From the NCBI GenBank assembly GCA_963717145.1, contig OY970325.1:3936001-4000000 (forward strand): a DNA stretch of 64,000 bases, read 5' to 3'. Below the pieces are notes generated by a model, which saw only the letters and a list, made by a program, of their open reading frames with translations, made no database searches and was not told the DNA's origin. Of this stretch, positions 18,148 to 27,554 are shown piece by piece. This DNA comes from an uncultured Armatimonadetes bacterium. GTDB taxonomy: Bacteria > Armatimonadota > UBA5829 > DTJY01. The translations under genes and the position numbers were made by a program. Positions within the stretch are counted from its first letter, which is position 1. Each line of letters starts with the position of its first letter.

Positions 18148-19393
18148 ATGACGATGAACTGGGTTTTCGGGCTCGGCGGCGGCACTGATATTCGCGGCCG
18201 GCTCATGTGGGGCGGATGTCCCCGGAGCTGTGGGTGATGGGAAGACCGACGACTCGGCGGCGATCCAGAAGGCGCTCGATCAGGCCTCGGCGACCGGCGC
18301 GACCGTCAAGCTCCCCGTCGGGAAGTACCGCCTCGACAAGCCGATCACCATCCCCGAGGGCGTGACCCTCGAGGGCGAGTGGAAAGCGCCGCACCACGCT
18401 CAACTCGACAAGGGCACGGTCATCCTCGCCTATGCGGGCAAGGGCAAGGAGACCGATCCGGCGCTCATCAGCCTCACCCCGAGCAGCGGCATCAAGGGGC
18501 TGACGATCTTCTACCCGGAGCAGCGCGTCCCCGGCACGATCGCCTATCCGTGGACGATCCAGGGCAGCGGAATGCACTGCAGCGTCAAGGATGTCACCCT
18601 CGTGAACCCGTACAAGGGCATCGACTTCGGCACGAATTCCAACGAGCTGCACTTTATCCGCAACGTCTTCGGCTGCCCGCTGAAGATCGGGGTCTTCGTC
18701 GACAAGTGCACCGACATCGGCCGGATCGAGAACGTCCACTTCAACCCGCACTACTGGCTGCGATCGGACGCTGAGGGCATGCCGTCCTGGCCGGACATCA
18801 TCAAATATCTCTTCGAGAACACCACCGCGTTCGAGTTCGCTCGCAGCGACTGGGAGTACGTGTTCAACACCTTCTCCTACGGCTGCAAGGTCGGGATGCG
18901 GTTCTTCGCCAATAAGGATGGCGCGTGCAACGGCAACTTCCTCGGCAACGGGATCGACTGGGCGCAGACGGCTATCCTGATCGAGCAGACCCAGGAGCCG
19001 GGCCTCCTCTTCACCAACGGCGAGTTCGTCGGCGGCACGGGCGCTGAGACTGAGATCGAGATCGTGGCGAGCCACACCGGCGTCGCTCAGTTCTCCAACT
19101 GCGCATTCTGGGGGCCGTCGAAGCGGGTCGCCCGGGTTGCGGGCGGATCGGCGAGCTTCGTTCAGTGCAATTTCGTCAACTGGGATGCCGGCCTCTATGC
19201 GATCGAGGGGATCGACGGCGACGTGACGGTCCAGAACTGCCGGTTCTCCCACGGCACGAACCACGTCACGCTCGGCCCGGACGTGAAGACGGCGGTGATC
19301 ATGGGCAACACGATGCTCGGCGGCCCGGTCAAGATCGACAACCGCAGCAAGGGCGACGTGCAAATCCTGGCGAATGTGAGCAGAGCAAAATGA
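18148..19393 (+). CDS. Pectate-lyase-superfamily (parallel beta-helix) protein; frameshift near 18176
   Basis: GAVGDGKTDDSAAIQKALD...LPVGKY motif. ATG 18148 (SD GGGAGG) gives signal peptide MTMNWVFGL/AAALIFAAGSCGA if one base is removed; span is 3n+1. Confidence 0.78.
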
Positions 19394-19477
19394 ATGGTTA
19401 ATGGGGAATGGTTGATGGTTGATGGGGACCAGTCCCGAATCCCCCATTAGCCATTAACCATGAACCATCAACCATTT
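19391..19477. repeat. Heptamer-periodic (ATGGTT[A/G]) inverted-repeat spacer
   Basis: GAATGGTTAATGGGGAATGGTTGATGGTTGATGG...CCATTAGCCATTAACCATGAACCATCAACCATT, filling the gap from the stop codon to the next SD. Confidence 0.8.
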
Positions 19478-19496
19478 CCCTGACAGGAGACACGAC

Positions 19497-20555
19497 ATGA
19501 ACTCACGCGAGCGCATTCTGACAACACTCACCGGCGGCATCCCCGATCGGATCGGCCGCTCGGACAGCATATGGAGCGAGACGTTCGCCCGCTGGAAGAC
19601 CGAGGGCCTTGAGGAGGGCCAGGACATCGGCGAGCTGTTCGGCTTCGACTTCCATGGGATCTGGGGGCACAACAACAGCCTCATGCTCCCCGGCGAGGTC
19701 TTCGAGGACACCGACGAGTACATCATCCAGAAGGATGCCAACGGTGTCACACGCAAGGACATGAAGGGCGAATCCGGCCATACTCCTCACTGGCTCGACC
19801 ATACCATCAATACCGGCAAGGACTGGTTTGCGTACAAGGACCGCCTGACTCCGGACGATTCGCGGCTGCCCGCGGACCTGCTTGAGGCATTCGAAGGCGC
19901 GCGGAAGACCGGCAAGTTCGTGCACTTCACGTCGGTCGAGGCATACGAATCAGCCTGGCCGGTCTTCGGACAGGTGAACATCTTCACGCTGCTGATGGAC
20001 GAGCCGGAGGTCGCGAAGGATGTCTTCGAGACATACACCGACCTGATCGTCGGGATGGCGCAGAAGTACCTCGACATGGGCGTGGATTTCGACGGCGCGT
20101 GGTTCTTCGGCGACCTCGGGTACCGGAACTCGACGCTCTTCTCGCCGGCCTGCTACGAGGAACTTCTCTGGCCGGCGCACAGGCGGATGTGCGACTTCTT
20201 CAACTCGCGCGGCAAGCCGGTGATCCTCCACTCGTGCGGGAAGATCGAGTCGCTGATCCCGAAGTTCATCGAGGCGGGGTTCGCCGCGATCCAGCCGCTC
20301 GAGGCGAAGTGCGGGCAGGACGTTCGGGTGCTCAAGGAGCGGTTCGGCAACAAGATCACGTTCTTCGGCAACATCGACATCCGGAAGCTCTCCGGCACGA
20401 GGGCGGATATCGAAGAAGAGATCAGCAGTAAGCTCCCCATAGCGATGAAGGGTGGGGGATACATCTTCCACTCCGACCATTCCGTCCCGCCGACGGTCTC
20501 GTTCGACAACTACCGATACGCGATCGAGCTGATTGAGAAGTATGGGAAGTACTAA
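19497..20555 (+). CDS. Uroporphyrinogen decarboxylase (UroD/MtaA-CmuA) family protein
   Basis: MNSRERIL...PDR, GDLGYRNSTLFSP, LHSCGKI, FFGNID, GGGYIFHSDHSVPP. Confidence 0.85.
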   Translation: MNSRERILTTLTGGIPDRIGRSDSIWSETFARWKTEGLEEGQDIGELFGFDFHGIWGHNNSLMLPGEVFEDTDEYIIQKDANGVTRKDMKGESGHTPHWLDHTINTGKDWFAYKDRLTPDDSRLPADLLEAFEGARKTGKFVHFTSVEAYESAWPVFGQVNIFTLLMDEPEVAKDVFETYTDLIVGMAQKYLDMGVDFDGAWFFGDLGYRNSTLFSPACYEELLWPAHRRMCDFFNSRGKPVILHSCGKIESLIPKFIEAGFAAIQPLEAKCGQDVRVLKERFGNKITFFGNIDIRKLSGTRADIEEEISSKLPIAMKGGGYIFHSDHSVPPTVSFDNYRYAIELIEKYGKY

Positions 20556-20563
20556 GGGTGCTA

Positions 20564-20636
20564 TCAACGGATTGGGAAACGGATGAACGGATGGAGTGTG
20601 CCGGACCCATCCGTTTATCCGTTTCTCATCCGTTGA
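20564..20636. repeat. AACGGAT-periodic inverted repeat between convergent genes
   Basis: TCAACGGATTGGGAAACGGATGAACGGATGG...CCATCCGTTTATCCGTTTCTCATCCGTTGA; contains the stop codon of 20626-21522; sister copy at 24726-24806. Confidence 0.8.
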
Positions 20637-21522
20637 CCGCCACAAATCCGCATTTCGCGCCGGACTTGAGCCGAATTCCGCCGTCCTGCGCGCGGTACTC
20701 CACCTCGACGCCGAGCGCTTCCCCGACAAACCTCAGCGGCACGTAGACCCGCCCGCCGACCATCTGAGCCGGCGCATCGAGTCCAACACCCTTGCTACCC
20801 ACCAGCGCTCTGCGGCTCCCGACCGCGATCTCGATGCGTTTCGAACCTCTGCTCGCGGTCACCGTCCGCGTCTTCTCGTTCCACGTCACACTTGCTCCGA
20901 GCCACTGAAGAATCCCGCGCATCGGGACCAGGATTCGGCCCGATGACCACATCGGCGGGGAATCGAGCTTGATCGGCTCGCACATGTTCGACGGGGATTT
21001 CGGCTTCGAATGGGACGTGGCGACCGAACCGCCCCGGAGGAGCTTGTCGATCGCTGTAGTGATCTCCTTCTCGGGGAAATCACCGATGTATCTGCGCGCG
21101 ATCATGCCGTTCCGGTCGATCAGGACCATCACAGGAATGGCGTAGACGCCGTAGCTCTTGGATACCTTGGCGTAGGAGTCGTGCAGAGTGCGGAGCTTGT
21201 ACCCCTTCTGCTTCAGATACCGCGTCGCCAGCTCGGAAAGCTGAGGATTCACGCCCAGGATGACCGCGCCCTTGCTCCTGTAGGCGTCGCTGAGACGCTG
21301 CATCGTCGGGAATGATTCATCACAGGTCGGGCAGTAAGTCGCCCAGAAGAAGAGGCCGACGACCTTGCCCTTGAGGCCGTCGAGGGATACGTTCGCGCCG
21401 TCGAGGTCGGTGAGACTGAAGCTCGGGGCCTTCTGCTCGGCGGCACTGAGAGCGCTTGCTGAGAGAAGAATCGAGAGGACGATCAGGCTGATGACACAGT
21501 ATCGGATGGCATGCATTCTCAT
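20626..21522 (-). CDS. TlpA/redoxin-family thioredoxin fused to a copper-amine-oxidase N-terminal (stalk) domain
   Basis: Signal peptide; APSFSLTDLDG...FWATYCPTC...IPVMVLIDRNG; C-terminal GRILVPMRGI...W...GRVYVPLRFVGEALG. Confidence 0.85.
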   Translation of the reverse strand: MRMHAIRYCVISLIVLSILLSASALSAAEQKAPSFSLTDLDGANVSLDGLKGKVVGLFFWATYCPTCDESFPTMQRLSDAYRSKGAVILGVNPQLSELATRYLKQKGYKLRTLHDSYAKVSKSYGVYAIPVMVLIDRNGMIARRYIGDFPEKEITTAIDKLLRGGSVATSHSKPKSPSNMCEPIKLDSPPMWSSGRILVPMRGILQWLGASVTWNEKTRTVTASRGSKRIEIAVGSRRALVGSKGVGLDAPAQMVGGRVYVPLRFVGEALGVEVEYRAQDGGIRLKSGAKCGFVAVNG

Positions 21523-21558
21523 CGCCCCCCACTGTCTTTCAGTGAACAGTGAGCATCA

Positions 21559-21668
21559 GGAACCGTCAGTCCTGAGTGCGCCTCTGGGCGTGTATCGAAG
21601 GACGGTGGGACCTGCACAAGGCCGTCCTTCGATACACGCCCAGAGGCGCACTCAGGACTGACGGTTCC
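21559..21668. repeat. Long palindromic element (AGTCCTGAGTGCGCC...GTATCGAAGG family), copy 1
   Basis: ~47-bp perfect arms; second copy at 34892-35011 and a right-end remnant near 57190; flanked by CAGTGAA/TTCACTG heptamer arms. Confidence 0.85.
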
Positions 21669-21698
21669 CGTTTCATTACCGTTCCTACAGTCCGCTGT

Positions 21699-22562
21699 TC
21701 ACTGTTCACCGTGCCCGCACTGATCCCTGAAGAACCCTGACGCCACGGATGCCAGTGCCTCAGGGTACTCCGAATCGGTATCGCGGGCGATCTGCGGTCC
21801 GTGGCGCTCCATCATCTCGATCAGCTTCCCGAGGGTCGCCGCCATCTCCATGCGCTCGGCCTCCGAGACCGTGTCCGAAAGCTCGCGGTTCAGCGCCGGA
21901 TCGAGGTCTCTCCGCACCACGCCCCAGACGATGAACGACATGTCGGTCGCCTCGTCGGGATGGTTCCACAGCCAGAGCACCTGCGCGAGCGTGCCTCGGA
22001 TCGCGTTGACCATCCCCGCCGCATACCAGTATTCTTCCCTCTTTATGAACCTTACAGCCGAATAGACGCATATCCAGAAGAAAATAGTTTTCCGGCGCAC
22101 GATATCGCCCACGGGAGGCGCGAGGCTGTCCTCCGGCTGGCCGACAATCCGCGGCTGATCGAGCAGTCCCCGGCGGTCGAAGACCGTCAGCATCGGCTCG
22201 GAGGCAGGGAGGCTCGCGATCCGTGAGGCTCGATACACCTTCACGTCGAGGAAATTGCAGTCGGAGTAGAATGCGGTGAACCCCGCGCCGTTGACGTCCT
22301 TCGGGCTGTCCCACGCGACGACGCACTCGCTCGACCCGCAGGCCCGATCGCGCGCGCTCTGGAAGCCGTAGTGGAACTGCTCGTCGTCGACTGCGATGGC
22401 GAGGTCGATGTCGGAATACTGGTCGCACGTACCCTTGGCAAACGAGCCCCGAAGCCAGCATGCCAGAATCCGCTCATCCTGAGCGAACGCGCCGGCGAGG
22501 TCGTTTATGAGGTGCGACTGAGCTCCGGGCCCTCGATTCGGGAAACGTCCACTTGATTCCAC
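21699..22562 (-). CDS. Nucleotidyltransferase-domain protein (aminoglycoside/lincosamide NTase-like fold)
   Basis: LRGSFAKGTCDQYSDIDL is the Pol-beta NTase GS...DxD motif; helical C-terminal domain. Confidence 0.7.
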   Translation of the reverse strand: MESSGRFPNRGPGAQSHLINDLAGAFAQDERILACWLRGSFAKGTCDQYSDIDLAIAVDDEQFHYGFQSARDRACGSSECVVAWDSPKDVNGAGFTAFYSDCNFLDVKVYRASRIASLPASEPMLTVFDRRGLLDQPRIVGQPEDSLAPPVGDIVRRKTIFFWICVYSAVRFIKREEYWYAAGMVNAIRGTLAQVLWLWNHPDEATDMSFIVWGVVRRDLDPALNRELSDTVSEAERMEMAATLGKLIEMMERHGPQIARDTDSEYPEALASVASGFFRDQCGHGEQ

Positions 22563-22730
22563 TTCTTGCGCAGGGCATTACCCGGCGGACTCCTTCCACC
22601 GGGAGAGGAAATTCACGTACCGCTACCTCAGCTATTATTCCACATCCGCGCGTTTCCCTTCATCGTCCGCCCTGCAGGACCGTATCATCGCACGAACCGT
22701 TCGCCACAGAGCCGCACTAATACCTGGTGT

Positions 22731-22910
22731 GGGGTGCATTCGAGTTGAGTGGGTGGCGACCGTCTCTCGTTATGGTTTCCAGAGAAACCTACTCGAGACT
22801 AGACGGTTGGGGCTTGGGACCCTGGCAGACCAGACCACCCAACCGATCTCCTCGAGTAGCCACTCTGGTGGCATAACGAGAGGCTGACTCACTCTGCGGA
22901 AATGCACCCC
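22731..22910. ncRNA. ~180-nt rod-like hairpin: candidate ncRNA (6S-like) or palindromic element
   Basis: Nested pairings GGGGTGCATT/AATGCACCCC, GAGTGGGT/ACTCACTC, CTCTCGTTATG/CATAACGAGAG, CCAGAG/CTCTGG, CTACTCGAG/CTCGAGTAG, CGGTTGGG/CCCAACCG in a gene-free region. Confidence 0.4.
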
Positions 22911-22926
22911 CTTGTGTGAGCCGTCA

Positions 22927-22955
22927 TTGACGGGCTGTTGTCTTCAGTGTACAAT
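22927..22955 (+). promoter_or_regulatory. Sigma70 promoter upstream of the hicB-like gene
   Basis: TTGACG-N17-TACAAT. Confidence 0.65.
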
Positions 22956-23063
22956 GAAATCGCGCATCGTGAAGCTGGTTTGCAGGCATAGCGTATGTGG
23001 GCAAAGATTCCGATAATTACGTTGTGCGGCAGAGGCAGCAGTTTATCCGAAAGGGAGCGTGTT

Positions 23064-23420
23064 ATGGCGCGGCAGGCCACATCGACTGATTTCTCACTAC
23101 ACCTCAACGTTATAGTCCAGCGGAAGGAAACCGCTCGCTATGAGGCTCACTGCCTCGAATTGGACTTGGTCGCAGAGGGTCCCACAACTGCTGCTGCTGT
23201 CGAGGAAGTACTCAATCTTGTCGATGTCCAGGTTCGCACCTGCATCGAGACAGATAATCTCGAGAATCTGTTCTGCCCTGCGCCCAAGGCCGCCTGGGAC
23301 AAGCTCGCACAGATAAGATACTCAACGAATCAGTGCAAACATGAGAGGTCCCAACGGCCGTTATCTGTCCCGCTGAATTCTTTCCGCAGCCTTGAGGTGG
23401 ACCAGTACTGCTATGCCTAA
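23064..23420 (+). CDS. HicB-like antitoxin (partial RNase H fold)
   Basis: YEAHCLELDLVAEGPTTAAAVEEV motif; SD AAGGGAG; overlaps the downstream small gene. Confidence 0.65.
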   Translation: MARQATSTDFSLHLNVIVQRKETARYEAHCLELDLVAEGPTTAAAVEEVLNLVDVQVRTCIETDNLENLFCPAPKAAWDKLAQIRYSTNQCKHERSQRPLSVPLNSFRSLEVDQYCYA

Positions 23421-23664
23421 GACGCTGAAACTGCGGGAGCTTCTGAAGCGGCTGGCAGACTACGGCGTGGTGGAGCATCCCAAACCATCCAGGGGCAATG
23501 GCAGCGAACTGCTTGTCTACAAACCGAATGCCCCTGGGTCTCTCAAGGGTCCCATATTCCCCCTCACTAACCACAGCAAGGGAAGAGATGTCCCCGAAGG
23601 GCAGTTGTCCGCCTGTCTCCGCAGGTTCGGGATCGACAAGCTTGACTTCTTCGACGGTCTCTGA
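23413..23664 (+). CDS. HicA-like toxin
   Basis: 83 aa, LKLRELLKRLADYG...RGNGSE...PLTNHSKGRDVPEGQLSACLRRFGI, a HicA-type pattern. Confidence 0.6.
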   Translation: MPKTLKLRELLKRLADYGVVEHPKPSRGNGSELLVYKPNAPGSLKGPIFPLTNHSKGRDVPEGQLSACLRRFGIDKLDFFDGL

Positions 23665-23733
23665 TTGTCACCTCGGCGCCGTCTCGACCCAGCCATGCAG
23701 GACCACATCATCGCCCGCAACTAATGCCGAATC

Positions 23734-24669
23734 TTAGTACGACACAATCCTCGGCGGGTGGACGCCCTCGATGCACGCCTCGATCAGGTCATCCACATGA
23801 GCGGTCGCGAGGCCGATGACGGTGTCCGCCGCCCCGTAGTAGACCTTCAGCTCGCCGTCCGGTTCGAGGATCGCCCCGTTCGAGAACACCACGTTCGGGA
23901 CCTCACCGCACCGCTCGTAGTCCTCCCTCGGCGTCAGGATGAACTCCGGGCACTGGCCGATCACCTGCGTTGGGTCCTCCAGGTCGAGCAGCACCACTCC
24001 GAGCCGGTAGACGACATTGCACGCGAACCACACGCCGTGGATGATCTGCAGCCAGCCCTTGTCGGTCCGGATCGGCGTCGGGCCGATGCCCCACTTCTCG
24101 CGCATCCAGGTCTCGACCTGCAGGTTGATCGGCTGCCAGTCGCCCCAGTGGACGAGGTCCGGCGAATAGGCGATGAACGTGACCGCGTCGTTCCCGCTCA
24201 TCGGGCGTTCGAGGCGCGCGTACCGGCCGTTGATCTTCTCCGGGAAGAGCGCGCAGTTGCGGCTCCAGGGCTGGGTGATGTGGGGCATGCGCTCGAAGGT
24301 CACGAAGTCGGTCGTGCGGGTGAGGCCGATTCGGACGGTCTCCTGCATCGTCTGGGCGCAGTAGGCGATGTAGTACGCGCCCTCGAGGAAGGTCACGCGC
24401 GGGTCGTATCGGTGCTTCTCCCAGACCAACTGCTCGGGCGCGCCGGGGATCTCGATCGGCTCGGGGTTGACCGTGAAGTGGATGCCGTCGTCGCTCATGG
24501 CGACATGGAGGTGGTTGTCGCGCCGTCCGTCCTCGACGCGCGGGATCAGGACGTACTTGTCGCCGAGCTTCGTCGCCCCGCAGTTGTATATGGCGTTGAT
24601 GTGGTAAGGCAGATCCTTGTACGTCAGGATCGGATTTCCGGGGTACCGCTTGAGAAGCTCTTCCTTCAT
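23734..24669 (-). CDS. GH130-family glycoside phosphorylase/hydrolase
   Basis: RYPGNPIL, YNCGA, SDDGIHF, YDPRVT, LFPEKING, YRLGVVLLDLEDP, GEVPNVVFSNG, YYGAADT. Start MKEELL; the ORF-track extension is repeat-derived. Confidence 0.9.
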   Translation of the reverse strand: MKEELLKRYPGNPILTYKDLPYHINAIYNCGATKLGDKYVLIPRVEDGRRDNHLHVAMSDDGIHFTVNPEPIEIPGAPEQLVWEKHRYDPRVTFLEGAYYIAYCAQTMQETVRIGLTRTTDFVTFERMPHITQPWSRNCALFPEKINGRYARLERPMSGNDAVTFIAYSPDLVHWGDWQPINLQVETWMREKWGIGPTPIRTDKGWLQIIHGVWFACNVVYRLGVVLLDLEDPTQVIGQCPEFILTPREDYERCGEVPNVVFSNGAILEPDGELKVYYGAADTVIGLATAHVDDLIEACIEGVHPPRIVSY

Positions 24670-24670
24670 G

Positions 24671-24967
24671 TTCGTACTCCTAATCGTGAATCCTACTCGT
24701 ACTCGTACTCGAAATCCGGGCGTTGTCAACGGATCACGAACGGATAAACGGATAGGCTGATCGCGGACCGACAAGCTATCCGTTGATCCGTTTCCGTATC
24801 CGTTGATCGGCCCATTGTAGTCATGCGGAGGAGGCAGCGTCAAGTTCGATCGCGGGCATTGTGTAGGGGCGAAGCATTGGCAGGTCGGATCGCATCTTCA
24901 TCGGGAGTTGATTGCCAACGCTTCGCCCGGATTCGAGTACGATTACGATTAGGAGTACGAGTACGAA
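24671..24967. repeat. Nested composite of three repeat families
   Basis: Outer hexamer arms (CGTACT)n 24671-24720 and (AGTACG)n 24926-24967 enclose an AACGGAT hairpin (24726-24806) and a GTAGGGGCGAAGC...GCTTCGCCC REP-like stem (24863-24928). Confidence 0.8.
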
Positions 24968-25053
24968 GAGGAGGAGGGGGAAACGCAAAGAGCGCCGGGG
25001 TATAAGCCCCACACTCATACCCCGACGCCCGGGACCAACGTCCCATTCTGCCC

Positions 25054-25104
25054 TGTAGCCTAGGGCCTTGTGCCCGTTCGACGCCCACAAGGGGCTAGGC
25101 TACG
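25054..25104. repeat. GTAG-type hairpin downstream of the CAP-domain gene
   Basis: GTAGCCTAG-GG-CCTTGTG...CACAAGG-GG-CTAGGCTAC. Confidence 0.65.
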
Positions 25105-25115
25105 GAACTTAATGC

Positions 25116-25697
25116 TTAGTCTGTCTTGGCGAGGAACATCTGAGTCACGTAGTACTGGCCGCTCGCAGCCCTGTACTCCCCGACGCCGATCCGCTCGTAC
25201 CGGGGCTCGAGGATGTTCGCCCGGTGGCCTTCGCTGTTCATCAAGGCGTTATGCCCACGGTCCACGTCCACTATCGAGCAGTAGAAGAGGTTCTCGCCGA
25301 TCAGCGCCCACGACGGCCTCGGCGCCATCGCCAGATACCGATCGAGCGGCGACTTCAACCCGGAGGTCGGAGACGTGTGCGAGAAGTACTTCTTGTCGCC
25401 CATCTCCCTGCTGTGCGCCCGTCCGACCCTCACCAGCATCGGATCGATCGTCAGCTTGCTGAGCCCGCGACCGGCACGTTCCTTGTTCACCAGATCGACG
25501 AACTTCAGTTCCTCGGCGGTCATGGTGATGCCGTTCTGTCGAGCGACGGCATAGCCCGCGTCCGCAGGGAATGTGACGGTCGCCGGCATGGTCATCGCAC
25601 TCGGGGCGACGGCCATATCGGGAGTGACATTTGTCTTGGCCGGTGTGAAACTGCTAACGGTCATCAGCAGACCGAAGAACAGCGATAAACTTGTCAT
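25116..25697 (-). CDS. CAP (SCP/Tpx/Ag5) domain secreted protein
   Basis: LVNKERAGRGL, AHSREM...YFSHTSP, IGENL, MNSEGHRANIL, IGVG, YYVTQMF. Confidence 0.9.
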   Translation of the reverse strand: MTSLSLFFGLLMTVSSFTPAKTNVTPDMAVAPSAMTMPATVTFPADAGYAVARQNGITMTAEELKFVDLVNKERAGRGLSKLTIDPMLVRVGRAHSREMGDKKYFSHTSPTSGLKSPLDRYLAMAPRPSWALIGENLFYCSIVDVDRGHNALMNSEGHRANILEPRYERIGVGEYRAASGQYYVTQMFLAKTD

Positions 25698-26057
25698 TCA
25701 GCCCCTCCTCCAGTACCAATCGAGTCATTCCATGAATGGGGCCCGATCCTGGTATGGAATCTTGCGCGGCTTTCTCTCGAAGAGGTGCCTCATTATAGAG
25801 AGTCGCCGCCCGAGTGTCAACCTGTTGTACCACAATCATTCGATATTATGGGGACTTACCGACAGGACAGCTAGCTGGCAATTATACCTGTTTTCGCTTC
25901 GCAGGATTCACGCCGCCTGCAGAGAACATGGGGGATATGTGGGCGCACGAGGGTGAACTCCTACCCTTTATACGGCATCCGGTCCGGAAATGTTCGCATG
26001 AGCTTGATACAACGGAGGCCTGATGTGCCCCGTGCAGGAGTGAGAAGGAGCACAACC

Positions 26058-27335
26058 ATGACATCATTTGCAGGTATGCTGATCATCCTGGCGCTGGTTG
26101 CCGGCGTCTCATATTCGGCGGTACTGCCCCTCGACAAGCCGACGATGGGCGTCAGGGTCGAGGCCGGGAGGTATATCGTCCGGGGGAAGACTATCGAGGT
26201 CCCGGTGGCCGTCGAACTGGCGGTCGAGCCGGCGAGCAGGGTTGTCGTCGAAAACGAGGAGCATGTGTTGGGTGACGAGCAGTCGGGCACTTGGCACCTG
26301 GGTACCTCGCTGGCGAAGACCCTCGGGCCGGTCGATACGGGTACGAGGATGCCTTATGCCATCGATCCCGGATCGGTCAAGGTACATGCAGACGGCAAGG
26401 TCTATCAGGAGGGCAAAGACTACCTCCTCGATCACGATTGGGGCGGCATCAGTCGCACGCCTGCCGGCCCGAAAGAGAAAGTCATGATCGACTACGCGGT
26501 CTTTCTGGAGCGGGTGGATACCGTCCAGGTCTCGAAGGACGGCATGGTCTCGATCAAGACCGGCAAGCCGGTCCCCGTATTGGCCCGCGCGCCGAGAGCC
26601 GATCAGGGATGCGCCTCGATCGCAAGCATCTACGTCCCATATCGGACTACGCAGATCACCGCCGACAACATCTATCCAATGCCCGAGAAGGACATCTCCT
26701 GGCGCAACTTCATCAGGGTGAGCGGACGGGAGTACCTGTCGAACACGCTCGGCCTGCTTAGAAGTGGGAAGCCGGTCACCGTCGTCTGCTGGGGCGACAG
26801 CGTGACCGACGGAGGCTCTCCGAGTTCCCACGACAAGTGCTACGTCGAGCTGTTCCGCCAACGCCTCAAGAAAGCCTGGCCGAAGACGCCGATCAACCTG
26901 ATCAACGCGGGGATCGGCGGCTCGAACACTGACTCCCGGCGCGCCGGCTACGAAAAGGAAGTGCTCGATCTGAATCCCGACCTGATCACCGTCGAGTACG
27001 TCAACGACTCCGGCATGTCCGCCGAGAAGATCGCCGCCAACTACGCGGAGTTCATCAACAAGGCACGGGCGAAGAATCCCAAAGTCGAGTTCATCATCAT
27101 CACGCCTCACCACATCATGCCTCAGTGGATGGGCAACTTCGGGGTTTCGATCCCGGCGATGAGGAAGGCGGCGGCGGACAACAGAGTCGCGCTGGCGGAC
27201 GCGTCGAACATCTGGGAGAACCTGCGGGTGGTCGGCATCCCGTACATGACGCTCGAGGCGAACGGGATCAACCACCCCGACGACCTCGGCCATGAATTCT
27301 TCGCCGCCTGCCTGATGAGGTTGATGTCGCCCTGA
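26058..27335 (+). CDS. SGNH/GDSL hydrolase with an N-terminal accessory domain, secreted
   Basis: WGDSVT, NAGIGG, EYVND, NHPDDLGH blocks; signal peptide; SD AAGGAG. Confidence 0.85.
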   Translation: MTSFAGMLIILALVAGVSYSAVLPLDKPTMGVRVEAGRYIVRGKTIEVPVAVELAVEPASRVVVENEEHVLGDEQSGTWHLGTSLAKTLGPVDTGTRMPYAIDPGSVKVHADGKVYQEGKDYLLDHDWGGISRTPAGPKEKVMIDYAVFLERVDTVQVSKDGMVSIKTGKPVPVLARAPRADQGCASIASIYVPYRTTQITADNIYPMPEKDISWRNFIRVSGREYLSNTLGLLRSGKPVTVVCWGDSVTDGGSPSSHDKCYVELFRQRLKKAWPKTPINLINAGIGGSNTDSRRAGYEKEVLDLNPDLITVEYVNDSGMSAEKIAANYAEFINKARAKNPKVEFIIITPHHIMPQWMGNFGVSIPAMRKAAADNRVALADASNIWENLRVVGIPYMTLEANGINHPDDLGHEFFAACLMRLMSP

Positions 27336-27538
27336 GGGAAATTCGAAATCCGAAGCTCGAAATTCGAAACAATATCGAATAACCGAAAAGGCAAATTCGA
27401 AACTCGAAGCTCGAAATTCGAGACAACTCCGAATAACCGAATAGGGCAAAGGAGCAACCGGACTCCGCTGTCTTGATGTTTGCTTTTTTCCGGATTTGCC
27501 GTTTGTTTCGAGTTTCGAATTTCGTGCTTCGAGTTTCC
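27336..27538. repeat. Heptamer-periodic (CGAAATT/TTTCGAA) inverted-repeat spacer, copy 1
   Basis: Starts at the stop codon and ends at the next SD; homologous copy at 53322-53487. Confidence 0.85.
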
Positions 27539-27554
27539 TACGCAAGGAGGAACC

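Noticed and set aside
21699-22562. Antibiotic-resistance gene call
   Set aside because: Only the generic nucleotidyltransferase motif is visible; the substrate cannot be inferred.
24670-24843. ORF-track N-terminal extensions (also 8070-8258, 27480-27554, 39802-39930, 51138-51341, 53380-53499, 59282-59374)
   Set aside because: They translate intergenic repeats; better starts with an SD or signal peptide lie downstream.
27336-27538. CRISPR array in the CGAAATT tracts and other periodic repeats
   Set aside because: Units are 6-10 nt with no unique ~30-nt spacers, and no cas genes are present.
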